A stretch of DNA of 62,886 nucleotides, filler included, from Kipferlia bialata (GCA_003568945.1; 4 parts of 4 records of this genome joined end to end with filler, not necessarily neighbours in it); one strand, 5' to 3'. Positions 26,383 to 39,502 are shown, counted from the first letter of the whole stretch. Notes: generated by a model from the sequence alone, not told the origin. Translations and numbers: made by a program.

Positions 26383-27153
26383 ATGGGTAGCGCCACCGTA
26401 GATGTGCATGCCAACCCCCGGCGCCTCCACATCCTAGGGGTGACCCTGTGCATATTCATCCTGTGGAACGGGGTGTGTGACCTGATTTATGGGTACTCCT
26501 CGACCATGAGTGGCAGGGACTACTTCTCCCCCGCTGTCATCGACATGATTGTATCAGCAGAGGGCAGGTCCCACGGGGTGATGCTGCTGGCCCAGACAGC
26601 TGGGTGGCTCTACCCCTTCTACGCCTTCTATGCCTATGTCATGTGGGTGGGTATGAGGAGGGCAGGGTTCTGGATGGCCCACGTCCCCTGTGGCCTCATA
26701 GCATATGCCATACTCATGATAGGCGGCATCCAGCACTGCGGGTGGGCCTTCCTGACCGTCCCCTCCCAGGCAGCGAGGCTGGTAGGCTCCACAGACAATG
26801 TCTTCTACGACACCACCCAGCGCTACATCGCAGACCACTTCTTCATGGGTGACCTCACCGCTGTCCTCGCACTCAACCTCGGGTGTGTGTGGCAGGCAGT
26901 GGCGGTGGCCAGTGGCCGCACCTCCTTCCCCAGGTGGTTTGTGGCAGTGTCCCCCCTCGGTGCATTAGTCATATCCTCTCTCATTGGTCTCTGCCTCCCT
27001 GCACCCCTGGCCGGACTGGTCCTAGCACCCTTTGGGACGTGGATCATGCTAGTGCCCTGTCTATCATGCACTGTATGGATGTGGAACAGGGTGGGAGAGA
27101 CAACACCTGGGGGACCTGAGGTGGAGGCAGTGGCTAAGGGTCAGACAGTGTAG
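26383..27153 (+). CDS. Intronless multi-pass membrane protein (256 aa)
   Basis: Uninterrupted GC-rich ORF with about 6 hydrophobic segments and an SGRTSFPRWFVAVSPL motif. Confidence 0.85.
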   Translation: MGSATVDVHANPRRLHILGVTLCIFILWNGVCDLIYGYSSTMSGRDYFSPAVIDMIVSAEGRSHGVMLLAQTAGWLYPFYAFYAYVMWVGMRRAGFWMAHVPCGLIAYAILMIGGIQHCGWAFLTVPSQAARLVGSTDNVFYDTTQRYIADHFFMGDLTAVLALNLGCVWQAVAVASGRTSFPRWFVAVSPLGALVISSLIGLCLPAPLAGLVLAPFGTWIMLVPCLSCTVWMWNRVGETTPGGPEVEAVAKGQTV

Positions 27154-27721
27154 TGTGTATATGACTCTCTTTTCATGTAAATATAGTATTCAGTAGGTTG
27201 AGGGACACTCTTTACCATCACCATAAACCACGTATCATTTGGCCTGGTCTTTGACATAGTTGGTGGCAGGTAGGGACCTTTAGTGTGTACAATCATGGGT
27301 TTGGTATTCAATATAGATAACACATATAAGTATCTCTAAATTTTCTCTTTCTCATCTAATGATCTCATCTATCAGGTTCTAGACTGTCAGCTGTATATAT
27401 ATATATAAGTATTTGGTATATACCACCCCGCCCCTCCTTCCCCTTGTTGCCATAGTGATTGACTAGGTCTGTGTCATATGTAGCCACGTCAGCAGGTCGC
27501 TTGTGTTTGATACCCAGATATATGTCTCTCCCTCTGCCTGGTCGAACCAGCAACTCTCTCTCTCTACAGCCACTGTAACAGCGGATACTGTATAGATGAG
27601 AGCCTCACCAAGTTAATCGTTGATTGAGAGTCTCATTCTCACAGTCCCCACTACTACGCTGTCGCCGTTGTCTTCTTATACCCTTGACTGGTCTTAGTGT
27701 ATAGTCAATCTTCGGTCTGAT

Positions 27722-30700
27722 ATGATGCGCCAAGCATATCCAGGTGAAGCGGGGAGAGAAGTCCACCAGCGTCTCTCTTGCACCATCGCGCGTCTACAGA
27801 GAGTGGTGCTCCTTGCCTACATGGTCGGGTGTGTCTTTGCCGCCCTCTACAGTCCCTTTTGGGCTCCATATATGACACATACTGATGCTGATCCCAATCA
27901 CCGGTGGTACAGAGCACCATTGGTGTGCTGTATGACTCCACAGATACTACTGGAATGCTTGGTGGTTATCCCGGTATCTAAGGGTGACAGAAGCCCTTCC
28001 TACACCGAGTCTCTGATTCAGAGTCTGAAGTGTCTTAGGGAACCACCAGATGGAGCCATTCTCCCCAAGGCTCAGTGTACCATCTCTTCATTACATCTGA
28101 TGTTGCTGCTAGACACTATGTCTCTTGGTGTGTTGATAGTGCCCTTGCAGTCTGGCTATGCACTGCGCAAGATAGTCTATTGGACGCACGTTGTTGTTGC
28201 TGTCTGGGCGCTTACTGTTCCTTTGGCAACATGGAGTCCCCTCAGAAACCTCCTGAATGGGAGTACAGAAGCATCCGATGACAATTATGGTATCGAAACG
28301 GTGAGTATTTGTTGAAGTGTGACATTACATATTATTCGTAATAACAGGAGACTCTTTCTGTGTAGTATTTTAGCATAACACGTTTACAGTATGGCGTTAT
28401 ACGATACATTGTACCTTGGTTAACGTAGAGTAACACTTGTGTTATTCTGACTGCAGGAGGCTAGCCTTGCTACCAAGAGACAGCTCATACGGAAGTACCT
28501 ATCTGTCCGTCACTACTTAGTAAAACCACTCGTTTGGGGTAAGGGGTCGCCTCAGACGATATGCCACGGGCGTGTTGAAATGTTGAGGACGCTATACCGT
28601 TCTGCCCGACAGTTGAGTGGCACAAGGTGGAATGATGGTTCCAGGGGAGCGCCCGCCCTTGCATCCACTGGTGGTGGCTATGATATGGAGCTGCTAGATA
28701 TGGTTCAGTACTTAGACAGACTGGTCATAACAGAGATCAGTGGCCCCGCTCAAAGAGTCAGGTACACCAGACAAGTAGGATATGATATACACGCCGCTGG
28801 ATGCAAATATGTCTTTCTAAGTGAGACTTGTCTCTGCCTGAGAATATTCATACCGTATTCGGTCCTGCTTGGTAGCAGTGGTTACAATATACTCACCTCA
28901 GGATTAGGCAATGGCAGTCAAGTAGGCTACAGGTGCCAAATGTAGAAGACCATCCCTTGACACCTGTCCCAGTATCATCAATAGGAACTGTTGTACTCTA
29001 TGGACTGCGTCTACTTGCCACGCTTTCTGGAGACCGTTGTCCATCTATCCGAGGGGTGTTGCTAGAGCGGTATGTTCAACTGATTGTCTTGTGCTGCAGC
29101 CATAGAAGTGACAACTCAATATGTTAAACTATTCATATATACACTACTATTCAATAGTCATACTGACCCAAGCTGTGCTCTGCTCATCTCTGGCACTGAT
29201 GCAGTACCAGAGTACTTGATGGCCACCGTTGCTGGTGATTCGGCACCCGGCCATTCATCTTCTGACACCCTCCATCTGGGACCCTCTCTTGCCGATGAAC
29301 TGCTGGCTGTTTTGCACAACTTGAGCCAGTATCCGTCTCTAGCAGGTACCCTACATACTTAACTTCGACACTGAGTTCGTGGTCTTCAACCATGGGCGTC
29401 ACTCTTCAGTGAAGAGTCTTCACGGTATTCTTTCGCCGACAACGTTACAAACTCTTGTCACAAGACTATCTGACACAGGGATTCAGATGCGTCTAGAGGT
29501 CCTAATGGGTAGTATTGTCAGCCGAGAACTGTACGAGAGATCATCTCACATCTCCCACACCCTGATTATCGATCACCCTCTACAACTGGGAGAAGATGGG
29601 GTACGCGATAATGTTCAAACACCAGTAGTCATGTGTGATACGCAGTTCTAGTCTATGTAATTGAACGTAGAGTTGGGTTCCTCATCAGACTAATCCACTA
29701 GGTTTGGATCGACACGAGAGGCCGGGGGAAAACGGCTTCAGCAGTGGCAACCACCACAGACGACGACTTGTCTACTCGGGTAGAGAGTGATCCTCCACTT
29801 CGTTTCAGCCCCTTCTCTGAGGACAAAGAGGTGCTGGACGAGGACTCATTCAGGTGATGTTTGTCTTTCCCAGTGAAGAATTTTCCACCTGACAGACACT
29901 TTTAATGACTGCTACCTAGTTTCTCCACCGGCTTATCTATACCCACACCCCAGGGATGGTGCAGTGGACTGGCATTCTATGACGACTGCCTGGGGAGAGA
30001 AGTGGGACTACAGAGGGTGCGTCAGAGACAGGACAAGTTGTCATTAACAACTATATTGTAGACCTCTGTGATGAATTAAGAGAATGCATTGTGTAACTAT
30101 TGCTCACTTCTGTCCCACGACTTTACCATCAGCCATGGACCAGACGTTACAACAAACAAGAGCCTTCCCCAGATCGCAGTGTCACAGTCAGTGCTAGAGC
30201 CTTCAGATAGCAATGAGGTAGCAAATACTGAACAGTCCATCTATGACAGTACACATATGACCACGAAATACCTGATCACAAGGATGTATTCACCCCCACA
30301 CCCGGACTGGGTATAACACCACACATGCAGTTGACAGAAGAGGCAGACTCTCCGTTTGGCACGGAGACACAACGTGTCAGTCTGTTCAGATCATGTGGCA
30401 GTCTGCTATCATCTAGAGTCACTTACACGCCTTCTCCGCAACAGGTGCGTGAGTCAAAGAGGAGTGCAGTAGTAGCCTTGGGGCAGCGTCGACTGGTGAT
30501 GATGGCTGCACGGGCCACGAGGACCCGCCCCACGCAGGCGAGATATCATATAGTATCAGTGCTACGATGCTACCTACTTCTGTCTCCCACAATGCTCAAG
30601 ACCATATCTTCTGCTGTCTCTCACTCAAAGCAGTCTGAGATACGAAAGATGTGCCGAACCTACGAGTTTCACACCCCACAAGTAGTCAGAGGATCATGGA

Positions 30701-33700
30701 TGATCAACCCAATAACGAAGGTATTCTGACTTGTTAAGAGAGGACACTAACTAAGTCTATTGATGGTCTAACAACAAGGACGCTAGGGTTAAAATGACTT
30801 GGCGACACCCAGTTACCGAGCCAATGCAAGGCATGCTCAATCATACTAGTAATAATTAGTTGGTATCTACTCCAGCTAGAGCATATATTGTGTCCTGTGG
30901 TACTACTCTAGTACTACTAGAGGCTACCTACATTTTGGGTAGTACCTACATAAATATGCGAGTCTTACCACAGGAACTAATGACCCCACCAATGCGTGGT
31001 TCAAGCGCATCCTTCCATCTGACATTCCTCTGGTGGAGTCAGCAATCACAGCTGGAATGATGGGAGAGAGAAGGTATATTCCCATCAATACTACTCAGCG
31101 ACAAATTCCGTTTCGTATTGAATGCAGTCTCTTGTGGGCTCCTCACCCTTCAGATACAACATCGAGTTTCGGTTTCTGATGACTGCTACTGAGGATCCAC
31201 TGGTGTCCATCAGGGAACCATCAGTTCCGAAGATACAGTCAGAGGTATCCATTGTTGCTCCAATACAGTCCCCTCCAATGACACTAAACACCTTATATGG
31301 TCCCTGTACTCACTTAGGAGTCTGTCCCATTCGTAGTGTTTCTGTGTGGCTCCGGCTCTGTGCTGCGCTATGACACAGACTCCCGCCCTACCTTGTTTGT
31401 CGGGTACTTAATGAGTAACTTATTACTGTATATTACAGCTAGGGAACTCAATGTATGATGCTACAACAGCAAATTGCATATGGCATCACTGCGCCCCGAT
31501 TCCCACTGATGACAACACTCCCAGCACACTATTTCATTGTATTCTTAATATAATGTCGGTTGCTGCATGGTGTGGAGTTATGATCAGGTATGCAGGTTCG
31601 GTACAGTGATATGTAAGTCAGATATAGACTCACATCCAGGTACAACGAGTTCCAGCGTGTCAGTGACCCTGGCTCACAGGAGTCCGGTAGATACAGAGAG
31701 AGGTACTGATATCTCTAATTTACCTGGGTTTATAGTGGTTGTAGGATTGGTCGTCTAACCTCGAACCAATACAGAGAATGTATATTAAGTCGGTGGTACC
31801 ACTGGAGTAACTCACATCTCATCATACTCTAGGACTGAGAAGCCAAGACCAGTGTACCAGAACGAAGTCTCAGCGACACGCACTGAGAGTGTCAGGAACA
31901 GGTTCAGTGGTCTCTTGGCACCCCTATCTTCGTATGTCCGTCACCAGTCTCCGATGCTCCTGTGCCGGACCCCTCTGAATATCTTCGACGCAATGCGTCT
32001 CCGACCCTCTTCTAAGACTCTGCCCCACTATGATCATCCAGTCATGCCTCCTAGGGTCATGTGCCTGAAGAGGGGAGACCCGACATGCCACCAGGTACTT
32101 ACATATTTCTCCACTCCAAGAAGAACATTCTTTTGTATAAGGGAGTTGGCATAAAGAGTCCTATTTAGGTCCAGCCTGAATCCCTATGGTTTCACTTGTC
32201 AAACACTAATACCGTCTCGCAATTACATCAGTGCTCGGGAGTGTTGCTGCGACGGTTCAACTCGATGTATGCATGCCGGGACATGCAAGAGCTCTTGCAA
32301 GACTCTGTGAGAGGAGTGAGGTTTGACGCTGAGTGCTTTGACGCCAAGATGGGTGGTTTTGGTGCTGGATACCTGTTTCTGTACGTCATTCTGACGAACA
32401 AGTTACCGGAAAGGTTGGGTCTCAACACTAGGGTGAGTGTTCTGTTGAGTGGCCTTTGACACAGCGTGTGCTGTAATTGACAACTTGTAACAACAACTAC
32501 TATCGTGACCCCAGGACTGGATGGCATTCCTCTTCAGTGTCCATCAGAACACACACAAGGCACCATTCACCAACACTGTCCACACTCTGGATGCTTTACA
32601 GGTAATGACTGTCCACTCACCCCATTTACTACTCACACCAGTTCGAAGCATATCGGGTCGCTGTATCTTCTAACAACCAGATGGCCATTGCACTGACCAA
32701 CTATACTGGCCCAGTACAGATGTCCCCTGTGCTACGACTACTGCTCCTCGTTGCCGTATACTGCCGCAATCTTGACAGGCCAGGTATGAGTATATGCGCG
32801 GTACTATTGGCAGCACTTTTCATTGCAATGTGTGGACCATATAGACTACACCACTTACACAGGCCTGTCTCAAGACTACATTGTGGATACCAACCACTGT
32901 TTGAGTGTTGTCCATGGGCGAAAGATGCCCTTTGAGAAACAGGTAGGCCTCTATACCCACATCATGGGATATGTGCCTAATAGCAATCGTCTCCTCACCC
33001 CCAGGCCTGTGCCGTTGCCATCAAGTTGATGCGGCATCATGGGATCCTCAGGTTAGTAGATGTAAGATTATACTTTCGTTATTGGTGTGTTACTAAACCC
33101 TTACTGCAGGTCCCTTCCCACTGGATCTGAGGACTTCATCTGTCGCACTATTATAGCAACCCACAAGGACAATGTTCAGTCTCTAAGCTTCTTGGCAATA
33201 AGAGCTACCCTACCGCCCCGTGACCCTTCGGAGTCCCAAAAGTGAGACAAATTTTGTCATATATTCACACTAGAAGACTCTATCATAAAGCCTCCACCAC
33301 TAGCCTCTTACCTCAGGACATGTCCTGTGGCTCTGGTATCCCCTGACAGTGCGTTGGGACAGTTTCAGACACTGGTTGTGCAGTGCCTAGCAGTGACATC
33401 CCTGATGGGAAATACAGCTCGGCCATGGGAGGTACGCAGTATAGGAAGTCCCCCACCTCCCCCAAAATGTGTATAGTTTCCTATGAGTGTCGGATTGATA
33501 CTAGGTGGCCAAAAGGTTTGGGCATGCACGCATGAAACAAGGGTTTGGCAGTGGGTTGCTGGAGGCAGCTGCTGGTTGCATAGTCCCCTACAGACGCAAT
33601 ATGATGGCAGGGTCTCCTAGTGTGACAGCCCAGGTATTGACCACATTGCTCATTTGATTCAATGACTTGTTGAATCTCGATTGCACATTGGACAGTCTTA

Positions 33701-34070
33701 TGCCAAGGTTTGCCAGGCAGCCTATATCCGTGACACGGTGGGACCATACTTAGGTACGCTATCATAGCAGCCTCTCGATAACAGCAGTCAACCGAAAAAT
33801 ATTAGCCAATCAGACAACATAACACCAGCTGCCATCCACCAGATGGCATCAATACTACCGAAAAGCGTTACACTTCGGGACGGGAGGCTAGTGCTGATGA
33901 TTCACGCCCTGTTACAGCAGGTAGTGGATCACGATTTCTATATGTAACATGGTAAAGCCTTATGTTAACACAATTCAGTATATGAAACAATATATGTGTG
34001 ACAACGCCCTTAGTCATGCATCATACTGATATAGGCGGCGCAGAACTATCGTCATTGGGAGTCCGAGTGA
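27722..34070 (+). CDS. Membrane protein with C-terminal degenerate class I cyclic-nucleotide phosphodiesterase domain (5' boundary uncertain; may be more than one gene)
   Basis: Ten phase-consistent 3' exons give APFTNTVHTLDALQ, LLLLVAVYCRNLDRPGLSQDYIVDTNHCLSVVHGRKMPFEKQACAVAIKL, RTIIATHKD, LAVTSLMGNTARPWEVAKRF, QAAYIRDTVGPYL and QNYRHWESE*, colinear with the PDEase_I fold. Hydrophobic segments lie upstream. Confidence 0.75.
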
Positions 34071-34482
34071 ATGTGTAAGATCCCAGAGAGCTCTTCACTG
34101 CCAATGTGAGTCCTAACTTATAAACCAAGATATCAGATTGTGCAATTGAGACTGTCAATGTGAACGAATAGACGCTACTGGCTATATGTCATATAGTATA
34201 CTGTACCCGTGCCAATAGTAGGAATATACTTTGTAGTAAGATGCTCAATACTGTGATTTTCATTCGTCTCCATTTATGCTGTTTGCAATCTATCCACATA
34301 GTGCTTCAGTCCGTTCCTCAAACCTGCGTAAAGGGCCACTGTGACACTGTAAATAAGGCATTGGGCTACATGGAGTCTTCTGTAATTATGCGAATAATTA
34401 GAGCAGTGGAAGACAACTCGACTTTGATACTGTGTCAGTATCACACTGTCATCCGTTGTATCGCCCCTCTGGAAGAGATAGT

Positions 34483-37400
34483 CTACTTGACTAGAGTTAG
34501 GAAGTGCCCCCCATCCTCACCACGGTACACCTCCAATTCAATACGTGCTTCTTTCTCTGGATGACACTCATGAACGTGTAACGTGGCGGTCACATCTCCC
34601 TCAAATTCAACCTTATTACCAACGCGACTACATGACACAGAATCATCAGTCTCATGATACATCAGAGGATCATCATTCTTCTCCGCATACAAGTAACAAT
34701 CACCAGCGAGTTTCCAAGTGAGGTCTCCCGCAGGCACTATCAGTGTAACAGAGTAGCCACTGTCTAAGTCGTCAGGATCACCCATCCCATTCAGGTCGAC
34801 CTGTGTCTCTGTTACTCCAGGACCAACCTCAAATCTGACACTGGCAGTCTGTACTGTGGGTGCGCCTTCATCACAGGGTAGCTGGGCGCCCTCTATACAC
34901 CCCTCTCCCACAATGGTACCAGCCATGTTGCAGCTCCTCAGGTCAGTACCACACAGGTCCACGCCTGTAAGACTCCATCCCCTCATGTCCACTCCACTGA
35001 TAGTTGCCCCTCTCACACTCCTCGCACTCTTCAACTGGACCTCGGTGAGCCCCCTGACACCCACAAGGGAGCAGTCACTCAGGTCACAGTTAACTATTAC
35101 TGCATCAGTCACATCACAGCGGGTGAGGTTGGCGCCTGAAAGGTCAGATCCCGTGACGTCACTCTTGCTGATATCCAGACCCATCAGGTCCATGTTACGT
35201 AAGCTACAGCCTGTAAGTGCCGATAGTGACCCTATCTGCTCTACTGTAATGCCGCCTACTGTTGCAAGGTTGCAGTCAGCCAGTCTTGCACCTGCCATAT
35301 CCCAGCGGGACACATCCTCTCCTTCTAGCTCCTTTTCTGTGATGTGGCGGTTGGTCATATCAACACAGGGAAGACCGCTGTTCTTACCACTGATTGTGCA
35401 TCCCTCCAAGACCATTCCAGACGTGTCACAATCCACAAAGTCACTATTCACAATGGAGAAACAACTAGCTACACCACTGAATGCACACTCGGTGAACGTG
35501 CAGCTAAGTAACCTGGCTTCATTGAGGTCACAGACGGACAGATTGCACCCACTGAAGGTGCAGTGACTGAGTGAGGCGCCGGTCAGTGATGTGAAGGAGC
35601 ACTGCTCGAAGGCCCACTGCTCTAGGCGCCGCCCAGCCAGAGAGTCTGATAGGATCACCCCCCTCACCACTTGACTGGATCCACGGGATATTGCTGACAT
35701 AACAGCATCCTTGCTGGTAAGCGTACCATTATCTGTCCTTGTACATGAGTCTGGCCTCTTTCTCTTAGCACCATGTCCATCTAAGTGAGCTCCACCTCTC
35801 TTCCTAGGAAACCCGACGTCAGTGGTCTTCATGGGGCTCCATACGCCTCTCTTCACACTGAAGCACACGTCCTCCCCACACACCACCCCAGACACACAAG
35901 CTGCACCCACACACTGACCCAATACACTCCCCCCACAACCAGTAGACACGACTGGAAGGCCCCCCACCTGAGGCAATGGGGCAGCCACCCTCTGCCTCCT
36001 CAGACCTGTAGCAGTTGGAAGCACCATGTATGTACTGTCCCTGTCAAACTGGGGCTGCCGTGATAGGGTAATGGGGTGGAAAGTGGTCTCCAATGGGGTA
36101 CCAGCGGTGTTGATCAGCGGAACAGAGAGTAAAAGCCCATCCACAGCAGCATACATGGTGTGCGCAACTGGGGTTCCAAACGCTATTGCTCTGTCTGACA
36201 CAAAGGGTCGAGTCTCCACGTCCTGTTTAGGCTGGAGCATCGTACTCCACGACAACGTCGGAAGGTCACACTCAGCTACCCCAACCACATGTCTACAATC
36301 CCCACTCAGTGCCACTGCAATCACCTTTCTACCCACTCTCCCGGTCAAGGTGGGTTCAAATGACCACTTGTCATCTCCCTTGGATAGCCAAGGGATGGAG
36401 CCGGCCTGTGATGCCGTCTTCACAGCAGGTAGCAGTGGGTAATCGACCAGCGTGGTGAGGTCCATGGCATGAAGGGCAGAGTCCTTGTCTGTATATACCA
36501 GGGTCTGGCCGTGGACTGAGTAGTGAATGACCTCTTGCAGGGGCACACACATCCAGTCCCGTACAGCTATGTCAAGGACACGGTAATGCCCTCTGTCCTG
36601 GCTATACAGAGTGCCAACTGGGCAGCTCACTTGACTCTCTCCGCTCACCATGGAAGGATATACCCCTCCGGTGCTGAGTGATATGCAAGTGGCAGAGGTG
36701 CCAGCGTCACTACTCACATCCTTGGGGTCATGTGATAGTATAGCTGTGTCTCCACAGCTGGATAGACGTGTAGCTGGGAGACATGTGACAGGAGTATCCA
36801 ACTGACAGCACAGGGAGAGTACAGGTGTAGGTGGAGTAGTGTCAAGCCTCAGCATATGAGTCACCCTACCTCCAACCCCCACTGCCACTACAAGTGACCC
36901 ATCCCCTGTGTGTCTCCCACAGATCACTCTGAGTGTGTCTACCCCCTTTGTCACACTCCCATCCAGACACGACTGGAGAACATCCCTAGCACTGTCAGCA
37001 ACATCAACCCCACACTCCACCCAGGCAGCATCACCCCCCTCCATATCGATGACATACAGCTTGGCCAGAGGGGCTATACCCCCCTCAGTACCGGTGGCAG
37101 TAGATGGTTGCACAGAGAGCAGGTGGTGGGTACCCCCCTGGGTGCTCACCCCCACCCTCCCACCCCCTACCCCAGGAGGTACACCTCTCAGACCCAGAAT
37201 CTGTGCCACCTGTCTATCATATAGGGTCACAATGGCGCTGAGACACTTGGTGAGTACAGTAACAGCACATGTGGCCTCACTACTTGTCCCAGAGTCATCG
37301 AAGGGATTGCCACACAGGACAGCGGTATCAGGATCAATATCCAGGCCAGGAATCTCGGCAATGAGTGTCGGAGTGACAGAGGGGTATTTAGTGTCTGCTA

Positions 37401-37500
37401 GTACTGTATCTGCAGACACAGGGGTAACGTCGGAGGAAGGGGAGGAGGAGAAGGATGCAGAGAGGACAAGGGGTCCAAAGGAAGAGGGGTGGGACAGAGC
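34483..37500 (-). CDS. Pentapeptide-repeat protein; 3018-nt terminal exon, with a further exon at about 37613-37700 and the 5' end truncated
   Basis: About 1000-codon open frame with A/S-D/N-L-x-x type repeats (LTGASLSHCTFSGCNLSVCDLNEARL; SDVTGSDLSGANLTRCDVTDA). Acceptor TTAACCCCAG at 37510-37501 is in frame. Confidence 0.88.
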   Translation of the reverse strand, partial: ALSHPSSFGPLVLSASFSSSPSSDVTPVSADTVLADTKYPSVTPTLIAEIPGLDIDPDTAVLCGNPFDDSGTSSEATCAVTVLTKCLSAIVTLYDRQVAQILGLRGVPPGVGGGRVGVSTQGGTHHLLSVQPSTATGTEGGIAPLAKLYVIDMEGGDAAWVECGVDVADSARDVLQSCLDGSVTKGVDTLRVICGRHTGDGSLVVAVGVGGRVTHMLRLDTTPPTPVLSLCCQLDTPVTCLPATRLSSCGDTAILSHDPKDVSSDAGTSATCISLSTGGVYPSMVSGESQVSCPVGTLYSQDRGHYRVLDIAVRDWMCVPLQEVIHYSVHGQTLVYTDKDSALHAMDLTTLVDYPLLPAVKTASQAGSIPWLSKGDDKWSFEPTLTGRVGRKVIAVALSGDCRHVVGVAECDLPTLSWSTMLQPKQDVETRPFVSDRAIAFGTPVAHTMYAAVDGLLLSVPLINTAGTPLETTFHPITLSRQPQFDRDSTYMVLPTATGLRRQRVAAPLPQVGGLPVVSTGCGGSVLGQCVGAACVSGVVCGEDVCFSVKRGVWSPMKTTDVGFPRKRGGAHLDGHGAKRKRPDSCTRTDNGTLTSKDAVMSAISRGSSQVVRGVILSDSLAGRRLEQWAFEQCSFTSLTGASLSHCTFSGCNLSVCDLNEARLLSCTFTECAFSGVASCFSIVNSDFVDCDTSGMVLEGCTISGKNSGLPCVDMTNRHITEKELEGEDVSRWDMAGARLADCNLATVGGITVEQIGSLSALTGCSLRNMDLMGLDISKSDVTGSDLSGANLTRCDVTDAVIVNCDLSDCSLVGVRGLTEVQLKSARSVRGATISGVDMRGWSLTGVDLCGTDLRSCNMAGTIVGEGCIEGAQLPCDEGAPTVQTASVRFEVGPGVTETQVDLNGMGDPDDLDSGYSVTLIVPAGDLTWKLAGDCYLYAEKNDDPLMYHETDDSVSCSRVGNKVEFEGDVTATLHVHECHPEKEARIELEVYRGEDGGHFLTLVK

Positions 37501-37820
37501 CTGGGGTTAAATATATACCACACAAGTCTCAGATAGATCAAAAGAGAGTGAATCAGGCAACATGATGGTCATATAGTGTATGAACATCCTTAGATATGTG
37601 TAGAGATTAATACCTTGAGCATACCCACGGGTGTGGACAGAGGGACAGGGTGCATGTCAGAGGTGTGGAGGGAGAGGTGCAGGGGCTCAATGTGAGGGGA
37701 TTGACAGTGAGATAACAGCAATGTAACTGGAGGCGGAGCAAGAGAGAAAGAGACAGAGAGAGAGGAGAGAGAGGTACGGAAAAGGGGGGGGGGGGGGGGG
37801 GGTAAAACCTCTCGCCTTTC

Positions 37821-37920
37821 NNNNNNNNNNNNNNNNNNNNNNNNNNNNNNNNNNNNNNNNNNNNTTAATTAATTAANNNNNNNNNNNNNNNNNNNNNNNN
37901 NNNNNNNNNNNNNNNNNNNN
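37821..37920. other. Artificial contig linker
   Basis: N44-TTAATTAATTAA-N44. Confidence 0.98.
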
Positions 37921-37999
37921 TTGTACAGCAGATCTCTCTGCACGGGCTCCCCTCTGATTGCCCCCCCCCCCCCCTCTCCTTCTCTCTCCCTCACTCCAG

Positions 38000-39031
38000 G
38001 ATCCCCACCTTCAACCTCATAAAGGAGGGGGAGGAGAAGCCTCTGCGTGTGGGTCTTCACAAGGTGGGTACACAGTGTGTTTGTCAGCAATATATAGTTG
38101 TGTGTATATGTATATGACTTCTAGTATCGAGCTGTCCCTCACCCTCCAGGGAGGCAAGCAGGTCAATGCCGCAAAGCAGGCCTTCACCGTCATGCTGGAG
38201 CGCTTTGTCAAGCTGGCAGCCATGCAGGTATATATAGTATATGTATATATATACTGTATATATACCAAATTGTATGGATGTACTTGTCTGATAGTGTAGA
38301 CTGCTCTGTCATGCTGTCATCTAGGTCTGTGTTCCTGTGTTTAGCTCTATGTGTCTCCTTCTACTCACCCCAGGCCTCCTACGTTGCCCTGGAGGAGGTG
38401 CTCATGGTCACAAACAGAAGGTGGGCTGGACACATATACTAATATTAATGGTGTAAATAATATGTACATCCTTCTACTATGGGAGTTGAAGGGAGCACTG
38501 CATGTCCAGTCTCTCTCTGTCTCTCTCTCTCCCCCCCCCCTCATCCCAGAGTGAATGCCCTTGAGAACGTTGTGATCCCAAAGATTGTCAACTCCATTGC
38601 ATACATTGTGGGAGAGCTGGACGAGATTGAGAGAGAGGAGTTCTTCAGGCTCAAGAAGGTGTGTATATGATCATCTATCTATACAGACACATATACCCTC
38701 TAGAGAGTGGGAGCCGTGTACCTATATATACATCACCTACCGTGCTGACGTGCCAGGTGCAGGACAAGAAGCAGCGTGACAAGGCCCAGGCCAAGAAGGA
38801 GGAGGAGGAGAAGCACAGGCTCAGGGCACTGGCAGCTGAGGCAGCGGGCGAGGAGGCAGAGGGTGAGTTCCCCAAGTGTATCCATATATTATCTCTGTAG
38901 AATGTATGTGGGATATACCCTCCCTCCCTACCCATCCATCCTCTCTTTCACCCCCAGAGGAGGCCCCTACCTTTGACGCCGTAGCATCCATGACCGGCAT
39001 TGTGGAGGAGGACGACGATATTGTCGTATAG
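38000..39031 (+). CDS. ATP6V1D: V-type H+-ATPase subunit D, 3' part
   Basis: [83 protein letters not shown]...[17 protein letters not shown] and [14 protein letters not shown] are diagnostic. Confidence 0.96.
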
Positions 39032-39502
39032 AGTATATAGGTGTAGATACAGGCACCACTCTTAGTAGACCGCGTCCGACCCTCTTTTGGACTCGGTCAC
39101 GTGTGTGAATGGGTCTTTTATGCCCAGATGTGTTGCAGAATAGAATTATGATAGAGTTACTATGACGTGGACCATGAGTGTCATTGAATTTGACCTAGGG
39201 TGCAATCCTACTGCGAATATGCCGTTGCTGTCCTGCCATTCCCCTCATCTTGATCTAGAATCTAAATCAAGATTGACACTCTTGATTTAATTTCTCAAAT
39301 CGAGACACCACCCAGTTGAGCCGCAAAACTACACTCTTCACCAAGATGATAGACTTCGATCTCTATACCTCTATCAGGAGAAGTTGGTTTGTTAGAGGGA
39401 GTTTGCATTGTACTTGAGGACTCACTACTCCTGTTATACCACTCATAGGACGGCAGAGGGCCTTGGGACTGGTGACGGTACCGACTCGCATACGAGTGAG
39501 GC

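Noticed and set aside
34856..37510. Long + strand ORFs (236, 138 and 200 aa) opposite the pentapeptide gene; similar ones opposite 26383-27153, 41307-42275 and 49187-50152
   Set aside because: Antisense shadows of real coding sequence.
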